Source: Thermoanaerobaculia bacterium
GTDB lineage: Bacteria; Acidobacteriota; Thermoanaerobaculia; Multivoradales; Multivoraceae
Direction of reading: 5' to 3'
DNA: 64,000 nt
NCBI GenBank assembly: GCA_965116955.1
Contig: OZ220742.1
Span: 4,303,079 to 4,367,078, forward strand
Positions 1 to 11,358 of this stretch are shown here, piece by piece. A program made the position numbers and the translations under genes. The notes under the pieces are model-generated. The model was not told the DNA's origin. It saw only the letters and a program-made list of their open reading frames with translations, and searched no databases. Each line of letters begins with the position of its first letter. Position 1 is the first letter of the stretch.

Positions 1-941
1 CCGAAACCGAAATGCCCGCCGCGGGCGAAGGCCAGGCGCTGGTCCGCAACGTCTACATGTCGGTCGACCCGTACATGCGGGGCCGCATGCGGGACATCAA
101 GTCCTACACGCCGCCATTCGCCATCGGCAAGGCGCTCGACGGCGGCGCCGTGGGGGTCGTCGAGGAGTCGAACACGGACGCCCTCTCGCCGGGCGACCTG
201 GTATCGAGCCGCTTCGGCTGGCGCAGCCACTTCGCCGCCCACGCGACGGAACTGCAGAAGCTCGACACCCACGGCGCGCCGCTGTCCGCGTTCCTCGGCG
301 TGCTCGGCATGCCGGGAATGACCGCCTACGTCGGCCTGCTCGACCTCGGCGAGCCGAAGGAAGGCGAGACGGTGTTCGTGTCCGCCGCGGCGGGCGCGGT
401 CGGCAGCCTGGTCGGGCAGATCGCGAGGATCAAGGGCTGCCGCGCGGTCGGCAGCGCCGGATCGCAGGACAAGGTCGACCACCTGGTCTCCGACCTCGGC
501 TACGACGCCGCCTTCGACTACCACGACGACCTGAACCACTGTCTGGGCGAGACCTGCCCCGACGGCGTCGACGTCTACTTCGAGAACGTCGGCGGAGCGA
601 CGCTCGAGGCCGTGCTGCTGCACATGAACATGTTCGGCCGCATTCCGGTGTGCGGGATGATCGCCCACTACAACGACGAGGAGCCCCGCCCGGGACCGCG
701 GACCCTCATCTCGATCATTCCGAAACGCCTCAGGATGCAGGGCTTCATCGTCTCCGACCACATGGACCGCCGCGCCGACTTCGTCCGCGACGTTGCCGGC
801 TGGATCGCGGAAGGCAAGGTCGTCTACCGCGAAACGATCGTCTCCGGCCTCGAGAACGCCCCGGAGGCGTTCATGGGCCTCTTCCGCGGCGAGAACACCG
901 GCAAGATGGTGGTCCAGATCAGCGACGACCCGACGCGGTAG
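1..941 (+). CDS. NADP-dependent oxidoreductase, medium-chain reductase family (YncB/PTGR-like); 5' end cut by window edge
   Basis: ORF 12..941. The frame stays open back to base 3 (ETE-MPAAGEGQALVRNVYMSVDPYMRGRM), so the N-terminus lies upstream of the window. AAAGAVGSLVGQ nucleotide-binding loop. Confidence 0.85.
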   Translation, partial: ETEMPAAGEGQALVRNVYMSVDPYMRGRMRDIKSYTPPFAIGKALDGGAVGVVEESNTDALSPGDLVSSRFGWRSHFAAHATELQKLDTHGAPLSAFLGVLGMPGMTAYVGLLDLGEPKEGETVFVSAAAGAVGSLVGQIARIKGCRAVGSAGSQDKVDHLVSDLGYDAAFDYHDDLNHCLGETCPDGVDVYFENVGGATLEAVLLHMNMFGRIPVCGMIAHYNDEEPRPGPRTLISIIPKRLRMQGFIVSDHMDRRADFVRDVAGWIAEGKVVYRETIVSGLENAPEAFMGLFRGENTGKMVVQISDDPTR

Positions 942-992
942 CGACCGCGCCGGATCCTGGGTTGCACCCGCCCGCCGGGGAGGGCGCGACGC

Positions 993-1859
993 TTACACCC
1001 GGAACCGCGCCCTGAACTCCGCGTAGCCTTCCTCGAACGTGCACGGGTAGCCCTTCAGCGCGTACGCCATGGTCTCCAGTGCCATCCGGCGAAAGTACAA
1101 CTGTGCCCGGCACAGCCGCCTCTCATCCTTCGGTCCGCGATACTGGTCCACGACGCGTTGGGCGAACTGCCGCCCGTTGGCGAGCAGTCCGCTGAAGTCG
1201 AGGGCGGGGTCTCCGATGGAGCGGTCGCTGAAGTCGATGATGTTGACCCGTTGCCGGTCCGCGTCCCAGAGGATGTGCTCGCCGGCCAGATCGCCGTGGA
1301 CGAGCGCCATCGGGCGGGTCGGTTTCACTTCGGCGGCCAGCTCGGTCAGGAAGGCACGGATGACCTCGACCTCGTGCGATGCGAGGCGCGGCAGCACGAG
1401 CGTTTCGAGGTCACGAACGAGTTCCTCGTGGTCCTTCCGCGGGTCCTGCTCGGACACGCCGCACTCGCGGGCGACCGACTTCGGGGTCTCGTGGACCGCG
1501 GCGAGGAACGTGGCGAGCTGTTCCGCTATCCCTTCCCTTGCCGCAGCGGAGAGCCGACCGAACGTGGCGACGTCCAGCGCCTGGCCGGCGAGAAATCTGT
1601 AGCCGGCGAACGAGCCGTCGGCGGACTCGTAGACGTAGTCGGGAATGCCGACGCCGACTCTCGGCTGTAGGTAGCGAAGCAGCCTCGCTTCGTTCGCCAG
1701 CGCCTCCCGGTTCGCCTGTGCCCTGGGAGCCCGGAAAACGAGCGCCTCGTCGAGGATCAGGACGGCATGGTCCCAACCGTGCGTCAGGTACCGGTGCGAC
1801 GTCCACGTGACGTCGGGAAACTCCTCCCGTATCCGCCGCAGGAGCAGGGCTTCTTCCAT
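993..1859 (-). CDS. Aminoglycoside/choline-kinase-type phosphotransferase (APH family)
   Basis: Start set at MEEALLLRRI (ATG 1859..1857) inside the 383-aa ORF. Motifs LVHGDLAGEHILWD and NIIDFSDRSIGDPALDF are typical of the APH kinase fold. The upstream 95 codons are Pro/Ser/Ala-rich and overlap the next gene. Confidence 0.8.
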   Translation of the reverse strand: MEEALLLRRIREEFPDVTWTSHRYLTHGWDHAVLILDEALVFRAPRAQANREALANEARLLRYLQPRVGVGIPDYVYESADGSFAGYRFLAGQALDVATFGRLSAAAREGIAEQLATFLAAVHETPKSVARECGVSEQDPRKDHEELVRDLETLVLPRLASHEVEVIRAFLTELAAEVKPTRPMALVHGDLAGEHILWDADRQRVNIIDFSDRSIGDPALDFSGLLANGRQFAQRVVDQYRGPKDERRLCRAQLYFRRMALETMAYALKGYPCTFEEGYAEFRARFRV

Positions 1860-1872
1860 GCGCGGCGCGCGC

Positions 1873-3021
1873 TCAGGGATACGGGTAGTCCAGGTCCAGG
1901 AACGGAATGGCGCCGAGGACGTCCGGAGGATCGACCGGCAGGGCGCGGTGGAGGTAGGAGGCGTCGAGTTCGTCCCAGCCGGTGACGCCGAGCAGGCCCA
2001 GGCAGGTGACGGTCTCGTGCTCGAGGATCCTGAGCATGCGGACGACGCCTTCGCGGCCGCCGGCGGCCATGGCGATGGCCTCGAGGCGGCCGATGCCGAC
2101 CGCGTCGGCGCCCAGAACCCTGGCCTTGACCACGTCCGTGCCACGCATGAAGCCGCCGTCGACGACGACCTCGCTGCGGCCGTCGACTTCCTTCACGACC
2201 TCCGGCAGGGTGTCGAGGGTGCCGCGGCAGTGGTCGAGCTGGCGGCCGCCGTGGTTCGACACGTAGACGACGTCGACGCCGTGCTCGCAGGCCAGCCCCG
2301 CGTCCTCCGCGGTGGCGATGCCCTTGAGAATCAACGGAATGTCGAACTCGTCCTTGATCCGCTTGACCAGGTCCCAGGTCATCCGGGCCTGGTAGTTGAG
2401 CGGTGCGACGCGGGTGGTCGCCTCGCCGACCGAGGGCGGGCGCCAGCGCTTGAGCAGGTCCCGCTCGCGACGGCTGTAGACCTGGGTGTCGACGGTCAGG
2501 CAGAAGCCGTTGTAGCCGGCGGCGACCGCCCGGCGGATCAATCCCCGCATCCAGTCCTCGTCGTCGGCCAGGTAGAGCTGGTACACCTTGGCCGAGTCGG
2601 ACGCTTCGGCCGTACCCTCGAGTCCCGGCAGGCACACCGAACTGACGAAGTTCATGATCCCGAAGTCCTCGGCCGCCTTCCCCGCCGTGGCGCCGCCGCC
2701 TTCTTCGAACAGTTGCAGCGAGCCGATCGGTGCCAGGATCACGGGAATGCGGAGGTCGTGGCCGAGCAGCGACCCGCCGGCGCGGACCTCCGAGACGTCG
2801 GTCAGCACGCGCGGCCGGAAGGCGACGGAGTCCAGCGCCTGCCGGTTGCGCTTGACGCTCGTCTCGGTCTCGGCGCCGCCAACCAGGTAGTCCCAGACGT
2901 TGCCGTCCAGGTTGCGTCGCGCGGCCACGACCAGTTCGTGAAGGGTCAGGGCGTTCCTGGCCGCTTCTCCCGGCGCCAGCGGATCGGCGCTCATGTTGGG
3001 GCGTCGTCTGGGATCGGTCAC
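1873..3021 (-). CDS. FMN-dependent alpha-hydroxy acid dehydrogenase/oxidase (LldD / glycolate oxidase family)
   Basis: 382-aa ORF with the family pattern across its length: VWDYLVGGAETETS, SVAFRPRVL, ILKGI, VSNHGGRQLD, GGFMRGTDVVKA. Confidence 0.85.
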   Translation of the reverse strand: MTDPRRRPNMSADPLAPGEAARNALTLHELVVAARRNLDGNVWDYLVGGAETETSVKRNRQALDSVAFRPRVLTDVSEVRAGGSLLGHDLRIPVILAPIGSLQLFEEGGGATAGKAAEDFGIMNFVSSVCLPGLEGTAEASDSAKVYQLYLADDEDWMRGLIRRAVAAGYNGFCLTVDTQVYSRRERDLLKRWRPPSVGEATTRVAPLNYQARMTWDLVKRIKDEFDIPLILKGIATAEDAGLACEHGVDVVYVSNHGGRQLDHCRGTLDTLPEVVKEVDGRSEVVVDGGFMRGTDVVKARVLGADAVGIGRLEAIAMAAGGREGVVRMLRILEHETVTCLGLLGVTGWDELDASYLHRALPVDPPDVLGAIPFLDLDYPYP

Positions 3022-3090
3022 TGAAGCGCTCGGTCTCTTTCCGGCGGGACCCTAGCAGTCCGGGACGACGCCTGACAGGCTAGCCGCCCC

Positions 3091-3456
3091 ATGATCGAGG
3101 TCGACCTGCCGCGGTTCGAGTACCTGCTGTCGCGTGCCCTGGACACGCTGCCGCCGGCGTTCGCCGAGCTGATCGACAACGTCGCCGTGGTCGTGGAAGA
3201 GGAACCGAGCGAGGAGGACCTGCGCCTGGTCGGACTCGACCCGGAGGAGGACGATCTGCTGGGTCTCTACCACGGCGTGCCGCTCGACGAACGGGGCAGC
3301 GGCTACAGCTCGCTGCCCGATCGGGTCGTGATCTACCGCCTGCCGATCCTCTGGATCTGCAACACGGAGGCGGACGTCGTGCGCGAGGTGCGCGACACCC
3401 TGGTGCACGAACTCGGACACCACTTCGGACTCGGCGACGACGACATGCCGTACTAG
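3091..3456 (+). CDS. Small zincin-like metallopeptidase family protein (DUF1025-like)
   Basis: 121-aa ORF with an HExxH site (LVHELGHHFGL) close to the C-terminus and an acidic N-terminal half, as in the minimal metallopeptidase family. Confidence 0.7.
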   Translation: MIEVDLPRFEYLLSRALDTLPPAFAELIDNVAVVVEEEPSEEDLRLVGLDPEEDDLLGLYHGVPLDERGSGYSSLPDRVVIYRLPILWICNTEADVVREVRDTLVHELGHHFGLGDDDMPY

Positions 3457-3462
3457 GGCGGA

Positions 3463-3482
3463 CGCCGGCCTCCCGGCCGGCG
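3463..3482 (+). terminator. GC-rich hairpin downstream of the metallopeptidase gene (candidate intrinsic terminator, no U-tract)
   Basis: CGCCGGCC-UCCC-GGCCGGCG, an 8-bp stem starting 7 nt after the stop. A second hairpin GCGGGTC-AGAA-GACCCGC lies at 3509..3526. Confidence 0.3.
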
Positions 3483-3556
3483 CGTTCTCCCGGTCGCCTG
3501 CGGCGGCAGCGGGTCAGAAGACCCGCGCACCCGGCGTTGGCTGCTAGGTTCCCTTC

Positions 3557-4429
3557 GTGCCGAAGTCCCTTCCCTACCTGGGCATCGCCGGGGCGCTCGT
3601 TGCCGGAGCGCTGATGGCGGCGGCCGGCGGCAGTCGCGGCGTGGAGGTGGGCGGCGTGCCGGCCTTCGCGGTCGTGGTCGCGGCGGCCTTCACCGTCCAG
3701 TGGATCGCGTTCGTCCCGGCCTGGTTCCTCCAGACGGAGCGCTTCTTCGACCTCACCGGGAGCATCACCTTCCTGGTCCTGACCGCCGGCGCCCTGTTGA
3801 TCCGCGGCGGCTTCGACCCGCGATCGCTCGTCATCGCCGCGGCCATCGCGGTCTGGGCGTTGCGGCTTGGTCCGTTCCTCTTCCTGCGGGTCCGCCGGGA
3901 CGGCGAGGATCGCCGCTTCCGCCAGATCAAGCCGAACTTCCCCGTCTTCCTGATGACCTGGACGCTGCAGGGCCTCTGGGTGTCGCTGACCGCCGCCCCG
4001 GCGCTGGCGGCGCTGCTCGCGAGCGAAGGCACGCCGCCGGACTGGACCCTCGCGGCCGGACTGGTCCTGTGGATTCTCGGCTTCGCGGTCGAGGTGACCG
4101 CCGACGCCCAGAAGACCCGCTTCCGAGCCGTACCCGGGAACCGGGACCGCTACATCACGTCGGGGCTCTGGGCCTGGTCGCGCCACCCGAACTACTTCGG
4201 CGAGATCGTGCTCTGGATCGGTATCGCGGTGATCGCGGCGCCGGCGCTCCAGGGCTGGCAACTGGCGACACTGGTTTCGCCAGTCTTCGTCTGGCTGCTC
4301 CTGACCCGGATCAGCGGCGTCCGCATGCTCGAGGCGCGGGCCAACCGGAAATGGCGTGACGATTCCGGCTACCGGGACTACGTCCGCCGCACGAACACGC
4401 TGCTGCCCTGGCCGCCGCGCAGGACTTGA
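3557..4429 (+). CDS. DUF1295 membrane protein (steroid 5-alpha-reductase / ICMT-like fold)
   Basis: GTG start. Multi-TM 290-aa ORF with C-terminal WAWSRHPNYFGEIVLWIG, characteristic of DUF1295. Confidence 0.75.
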   Translation: MPKSLPYLGIAGALVAGALMAAAGGSRGVEVGGVPAFAVVVAAAFTVQWIAFVPAWFLQTERFFDLTGSITFLVLTAGALLIRGGFDPRSLVIAAAIAVWALRLGPFLFLRVRRDGEDRRFRQIKPNFPVFLMTWTLQGLWVSLTAAPALAALLASEGTPPDWTLAAGLVLWILGFAVEVTADAQKTRFRAVPGNRDRYITSGLWAWSRHPNYFGEIVLWIGIAVIAAPALQGWQLATLVSPVFVWLLLTRISGVRMLEARANRKWRDDSGYRDYVRRTNTLLPWPPRRT

Positions 4430-5298
4430 CGGCTCCGCAGCACCTGAGGGCGGCGATCTGCCTCGCCGCCATCACGCTGAACCTCACCTTCTGGGCGCTG
4501 CTGCTGCTTGTCCTGCTGCCCGCCAAGGCGGCGCCGCGGACGCGACCGTGGTTCCGGCGAGCCGCCGCGCGCATCTACCGCGCCGCCGTGCGCGTCGACA
4601 ACGTGCTGCTGCGGCGCATCTCCTGCGCCTGCTGGCGCGGCCAAGCACTGAGCCTCGACCCGACACGACCTCACATCGTCCTCTCGAACCACCGGTCCTG
4701 GGCCGACATCTTCCTGGTCCAGAGTCTGATCGCCACCCGCGGTCCCATCGTCACGTTCCTGTGCAAGCGCGAACTCCTCTACCTGCCGATCGTCGGCCTG
4801 ATCATCCTTGCCTTCGACTTCCCCGTCCTCCGTCGCCGCGCCCAGCGCGGGACCGGCGCTCGGCCCCGTCGCGGCGACGACCGCCGCCGGGTGACCGAAG
4901 CCGCCGCCGCCCTGCTCGAGTCCCCCGCGGCCATCCTCTCGTTCGCCGAGGGCACGCGCTTTACCGTCGCCAAGCGGGATGCGAACAGGCGCGACGCCCG
5001 CGACAGGCACGCAGCGTCCGGGATTGCTCCGCAATACGAACACCTGCTGCCACCCCGCGCCGGCGGTCTCGCCGCCATGATCGAAGCGCTCGCTCCGGGC
5101 GGCGGCTCGATCGTGGACCTGACGCTCACCTACCCGCGCCCCTGCAGCTTCTGGGAGTTCCTCGGCGGCGCCGCGGGGTTGGTAGAGATGGCGTGGGAGA
5201 CGATTCCGATAGCTACAGTGGAGTCGGAGGAGGCGACGAAGTGGCTGAACGACCGCTGGCGCCGCAAGGAGGAGTTGCTGGATCGCCGATCTTTATGA
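4426..5298 (+). CDS. Lysophospholipid / 1-acyl-glycerol-3-phosphate acyltransferase family protein (YihG-like)
   Basis: TTG start overlapping the upstream stop (TTGA at 4426..4429). HX4D motif NHRSWAD and FAEGTRF block. N-terminal TM helix. Confidence 0.75.
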   Translation: MTAPQHLRAAICLAAITLNLTFWALLLLVLLPAKAAPRTRPWFRRAAARIYRAAVRVDNVLLRRISCACWRGQALSLDPTRPHIVLSNHRSWADIFLVQSLIATRGPIVTFLCKRELLYLPIVGLIILAFDFPVLRRRAQRGTGARPRRGDDRRRVTEAAAALLESPAAILSFAEGTRFTVAKRDANRRDARDRHAASGIAPQYEHLLPPRAGGLAAMIEALAPGGGSIVDLTLTYPRPCSFWEFLGGAAGLVEMAWETIPIATVESEEATKWLNDRWRRKEELLDRRSL

Positions 5299-5409
5299 AG
5301 CAACACTAAGATCTGTACAACCTAAGCGAAATGGAATAAGATCCTTCGCTGGCTCCGTTCCGGCGGACACAGGACCGACAATCGCCCCGAACCGCGAGGC
5401 AATCGACTC

Positions 5410-7977
<2,568 letters not shown>

Positions 7978-8307
7978 TCAGCCGAGGGCCTGGGTAAGCG
8001 CCTCTTCGTGGTAGCCCACGATCAGCGTCCGCCCCACCCTGACCACCGGCGCCCGCAGGTTGCCCGTCGGGCCGAGCATCAGGTCGGGCGCGGCCGGGTC
8101 AGAGGCCGGCAGCTCCGTGTGCTTGCGGCCCTTGGCCACGTAGAGAGTCTGCGCGTCGGCGAGTAGCGCCTCCGCGTCGGCTCTCCCCAGCTTCCGGCTC
8201 GCCGGGGTTCTGTCCGCTATCTCCGTGCCGCGTGCGTCCATCAACTTGGACGTTCTCTTGCAGCTCGTTCAGCCGTTGCGGTGGTAGTACCAGTCGACTT
8301 TGCTCAT
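7978..8307 (-). CDS. ArsC/Spx-family thiol oxidoreductase, putative selenoprotein (in-frame TGA at 8271..8269 read as Sec)
   Basis: The track ORF 7978..8244 lacks the N-terminus. Reading the same frame upstream gives ATG(8307)-SKVDWYYHRNG-TGA-TSCKRTSKL-MDARG. This aligns by eye with the ArsC N-terminus (YHNPACGTSRNTLEMI) with the TGA at the catalytic Cys. AAGGAG lies 6 nt upstream of the ATG. The C-terminus NLRAPVVRVGRTLIVGY matches the ArsC RPIV block. Confidence 0.65.
8227..8264 (-). promoter_or_regulatory. bSECIS-like stem-loop immediately downstream of the in-frame UGA
   Basis: Minus-strand RNA has an upper stem CGUCCA(8252..8247)/UGGACG(8240..8235) and an apical loop AGUUGA containing GU. 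The lower stem is GCUGC(8264..8260)/GCGGC(8231..8227) with one G-U pair. The structure starts 4 nt after the UGA. Confidence 0.45.
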
Positions 8308-8372
8308 CTGTCTCTCCTTGAGGTGGGTTCGGCCACTCTAGCGCGGCAGAGGTGGGTGCGCCGGCGTCCCCG

Positions 8373-9851
8373 TCATGCTGGTGGTGCGTCGACCTCCCAG
8401 TCCTCGTTCACTCTCCGGCCGTAGTAGGGGTAGTAGTCCCAGGGCGCGGGCAGGCCCAAGGCCCGAGGATCGCCGGTCGCCGCGAGGTGGTTCATCAGGC
8501 GGTCCCGCAACTGCTCCAGGATCGGCCGTGACGACGAGTCGCTCGCGAGGTTGTTCAACTGGCCCGGATCGCTTCGCAGGTCGTAGAGCTCGTGCTCGGG
8601 CCGTGTCCCGAAGGAGAGCTCCGCCAGATGGTCGATCCCGGGCTCGTCTCGCGACTCCATCATCAGTGTCTTGGTCGGCGACGAATCGATCTCGCCATAG
8701 CGGATGCCCCTGGCGCAGTCCTTCGCGTTCGGCGAGCCTGAAGGCCAACGCGTCGGTTCGAAGTTCCGGATGTAGAGATGGCTCTCGGTACGAATCGCGC
8801 GGCAGGGATAGCCCTTGCCGCCGCGGCGGCAGCCGTCGTGCCGCTCCATCGCGATGAAGGCGGCGTCGCGGTCCGGCTCCACGCGGCCGCCTGCCGAAGT
8901 GGTGAGTAGCGGCAACAGACTGCCCGCCGTCATCTCCGCGGCCGGCTCGAGTCCGGCCGCCTCGAGGAAGGTCGGAGCCAGGTCGCTCAGGCTGACGAAG
9001 TCGTCGACGACCCGACCGCCGGGGATCGCCTCGCCCCAGCGAACCGCCAGCGGCACTCGGCTGCCGTAGTCGTACAGGCTGGCCTTGGCCCGCGGGAACG
9101 GCATGCCGTGATCGCTGGTGACGACGACCAGGGTGTTCTCGAGCTCCCCCGCCTGCTCGAGAAGCTCGAGCGCGGCCTCGACCCTGCCGTCGAAGCGCTC
9201 CACCTCGACGTAGTAGTCGAGAATGTCGTCGCGCACGATCGGATGGTCCGGGAGGTGCGGCGGGACGTCGACCTTCGCCGGATCCTTGCCCGACTCCTGC
9301 CCCGATCCCGCCGTGTAGGGACGGTGCGGGTCGTAGCTGCCGAGCCAGAAGCAGAACGGCTGGTCCCCATCCCGCGCATCGAGGAACTCCTCGAAGCCCC
9401 CGAACCTGTCTCCGGCCGGGTTCCGCGTTCTGCCGCCCGGCTCCAGCCGTCCCGGACCCCAACCCTTCAGGGTGTGGCCGATGGCGTAGCCCACCTGTTC
9501 CAGCATCTCCGTGTAGGTGGCGAACTTCGCCGGAAGGGTGCTGTGGATGTTCCCGGCCTCCTCGAGCCGCCAGATCGGCTGACCGGTTACGAGCGCGCTC
9601 CGCGAGGGCCCGCAGGTCGGTGCGTCGCAGAAGGCGTGCGGGAAGAGGACCCCCTCCGTCGCCACCCGGTCGAAGCCCGGAGTGCGCACGACGGGATCGC
9701 CTCCGGCGCCGGTGTGCAGCCAGGACTGGTCATCCGAGATGCAGAGCAGGATGTTCGGCGCTCTGCCTGCCTGCGGACGTCTCGCGGACAGCGCCGCCGC
9801 GCTCAGAATCGAAGCGGAAGAGGCCAGGAATGTACGACGGGTCTGCTTCAC
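8373..9851 (-). CDS. Sulfatase (Cys-type, formylglycine-dependent), secreted
   Basis: 492 aa. Signal MKQTRRTFLASSASILSAAAL, sulfatase signature CGPSRSALVTGQ, and blocks NILLCISDDQS and VVTSDHG. Confidence 0.9.
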   Translation of the reverse strand: MKQTRRTFLASSASILSAAALSARRPQAGRAPNILLCISDDQSWLHTGAGGDPVVRTPGFDRVATEGVLFPHAFCDAPTCGPSRSALVTGQPIWRLEEAGNIHSTLPAKFATYTEMLEQVGYAIGHTLKGWGPGRLEPGGRTRNPAGDRFGGFEEFLDARDGDQPFCFWLGSYDPHRPYTAGSGQESGKDPAKVDVPPHLPDHPIVRDDILDYYVEVERFDGRVEAALELLEQAGELENTLVVVTSDHGMPFPRAKASLYDYGSRVPLAVRWGEAIPGGRVVDDFVSLSDLAPTFLEAAGLEPAAEMTAGSLLPLLTTSAGGRVEPDRDAAFIAMERHDGCRRGGKGYPCRAIRTESHLYIRNFEPTRWPSGSPNAKDCARGIRYGEIDSSPTKTLMMESRDEPGIDHLAELSFGTRPEHELYDLRSDPGQLNNLASDSSSRPILEQLRDRLMNHLAATGDPRALGLPAPWDYYPYYGRRVNEDWEVDAPPA

Positions 9852-9916
9852 GCCATGACTCTAGCGGCTCGATCCAGCCCTATAGTAGGGCGGGTTCTCG
9901 AACGTCGGGAGGCAGC

Positions 9917-11320
9917 ATGCACAGGTTCCCAGTCGCTGCATCGCTCATCGCTCTGTCGGTGCTCGTCGCCGCGCCCGCTCCCGCGCAGGACCGGCCTCCC
10001 AACATTCTCTTCATCGCCGTCGACGACCTGAACGACTGGGTCGGCCACCTGGCCGGCCACCCGCAGGCGAGCACGCCGAACATCGATCGCCTGGCGCGCC
10101 GCGGCGTGTCGTTCACCAGGGCCTATGCGCCCGCGCCCCTCTGCAACCCCTCCCGCGTCAGTCTGCTGTCGGGCGTCCTGCCATCGAAGTCCGGCGTCTA
10201 CGGCAACGGCGAGCGGTTTCGCGAGAAGTTGCCCGACGCGGTGACCCTGATGCAGCACCTGAAGGCGCACGGCTACTCCACGCAGGGCGGCGGCAAGATC
10301 TTCCACGGAAGAACCGCCGGTGACCCGGACTCCTGGGACGAGTACTACACACCCGCCCGGCCGAGGGGCGCCCGGCAGATCGGCGAACGGCAGGAACACG
10401 TCCCGGCGTCCGCGTGGGCGCCCTGGGGACCACTCGACGTGGACGACGCCGAGATGTTCGACGTCAAGGTCGTGGACTGGACGATCGGCGAACTGAACAA
10501 GCCGCACGAGAAGCCCTTCTTCCTGGCCTGCGGCTTCACCAAGCCTCACCTGCCCTGGTACGTCCCGAGGAAGTACTTCGACCTGCACCCACTCGAGGAG
10601 ATCGAGCTGCCGGCGACCCTGGAGGACGACCGGGACGACCTTCCCGCGTTCGGGAAGAAACTCGCGGCGGAGGTCTACGCGGTCTCGGACTCCCGCAACT
10701 TCAGCAGGCACGGCGAGGACCACGCCATGGTCCTGAAGCACGACCAGTGGCACCGGGCGGTGCAGAGCTACCTGGCCACGATCAGCTTCGTCGACGCCCA
10801 CGTCGGCCGCCTGCTGGACGCCCTGGACGCGAGCGAGCACGCCGGCAACACGATCGTCGTGCTCTGGGGCGACCACGGCTGGCATCTCGGCCAAAAGCAG
10901 CACTGGCGGAAGCACGCACTCTGGGAGGTGGCCACCCGCACGACGCTCATCATCTCGTCGCCGGCGGCAACCCGGCGTGGCGCCACGAGTCCACGCCCGG
11001 TCAGCCTGATCGACCTCTACCCCACCCTGGTCGAGCTTTCCGGAGTCCCCGGCCGCAGCGGACTGGACGGCCAGAGCCTCGTGCCCCTGCTCGAGAACCC
11101 CGCGTCGGAGTGGCCGCGACCGGTACTGACGACCTACGGCTACGGAAACCACTCCGTCCGCACGGAACGCTGGCGCTACATCGAGTACCACGACGGCGGC
11201 CAGGAGCTGTACGACCACGATGCCGACCCGAACGAGTGGACCAACCTGGCTTCGCGGGCGGAGTACGCCGCCGTAGTCGAGGAACTCGCGGCCTTCGTGC
11301 CCAGGACGAGCGCCCGCTAG
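9917..11320 (+). CDS. Sulfatase (Cys-type; iduronate-2-sulfatase-like), secreted
   Basis: Start placed at ATG 9917 (MHRFPVAASLIALSVLVAAPAPAQ signal peptide, GGGAGG 5 nt upstream), in frame with ORF 9620..11320. CNPSRVSLLSG signature, NILFIAVDDLNDW, LWGDHGWHLG. Confidence 0.9.
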   Translation: MHRFPVAASLIALSVLVAAPAPAQDRPPNILFIAVDDLNDWVGHLAGHPQASTPNIDRLARRGVSFTRAYAPAPLCNPSRVSLLSGVLPSKSGVYGNGERFREKLPDAVTLMQHLKAHGYSTQGGGKIFHGRTAGDPDSWDEYYTPARPRGARQIGERQEHVPASAWAPWGPLDVDDAEMFDVKVVDWTIGELNKPHEKPFFLACGFTKPHLPWYVPRKYFDLHPLEEIELPATLEDDRDDLPAFGKKLAAEVYAVSDSRNFSRHGEDHAMVLKHDQWHRAVQSYLATISFVDAHVGRLLDALDASEHAGNTIVVLWGDHGWHLGQKQHWRKHALWEVATRTTLIISSPAATRRGATSPRPVSLIDLYPTLVELSGVPGRSGLDGQSLVPLLENPASEWPRPVLTTYGYGNHSVRTERWRYIEYHDGGQELYDHDADPNEWTNLASRAEYAAVVEELAAFVPRTSAR

Positions 11321-11358
11321 CGCCGCCCGCCGGGGCCCTGTGACATCATCGTTCCTTC

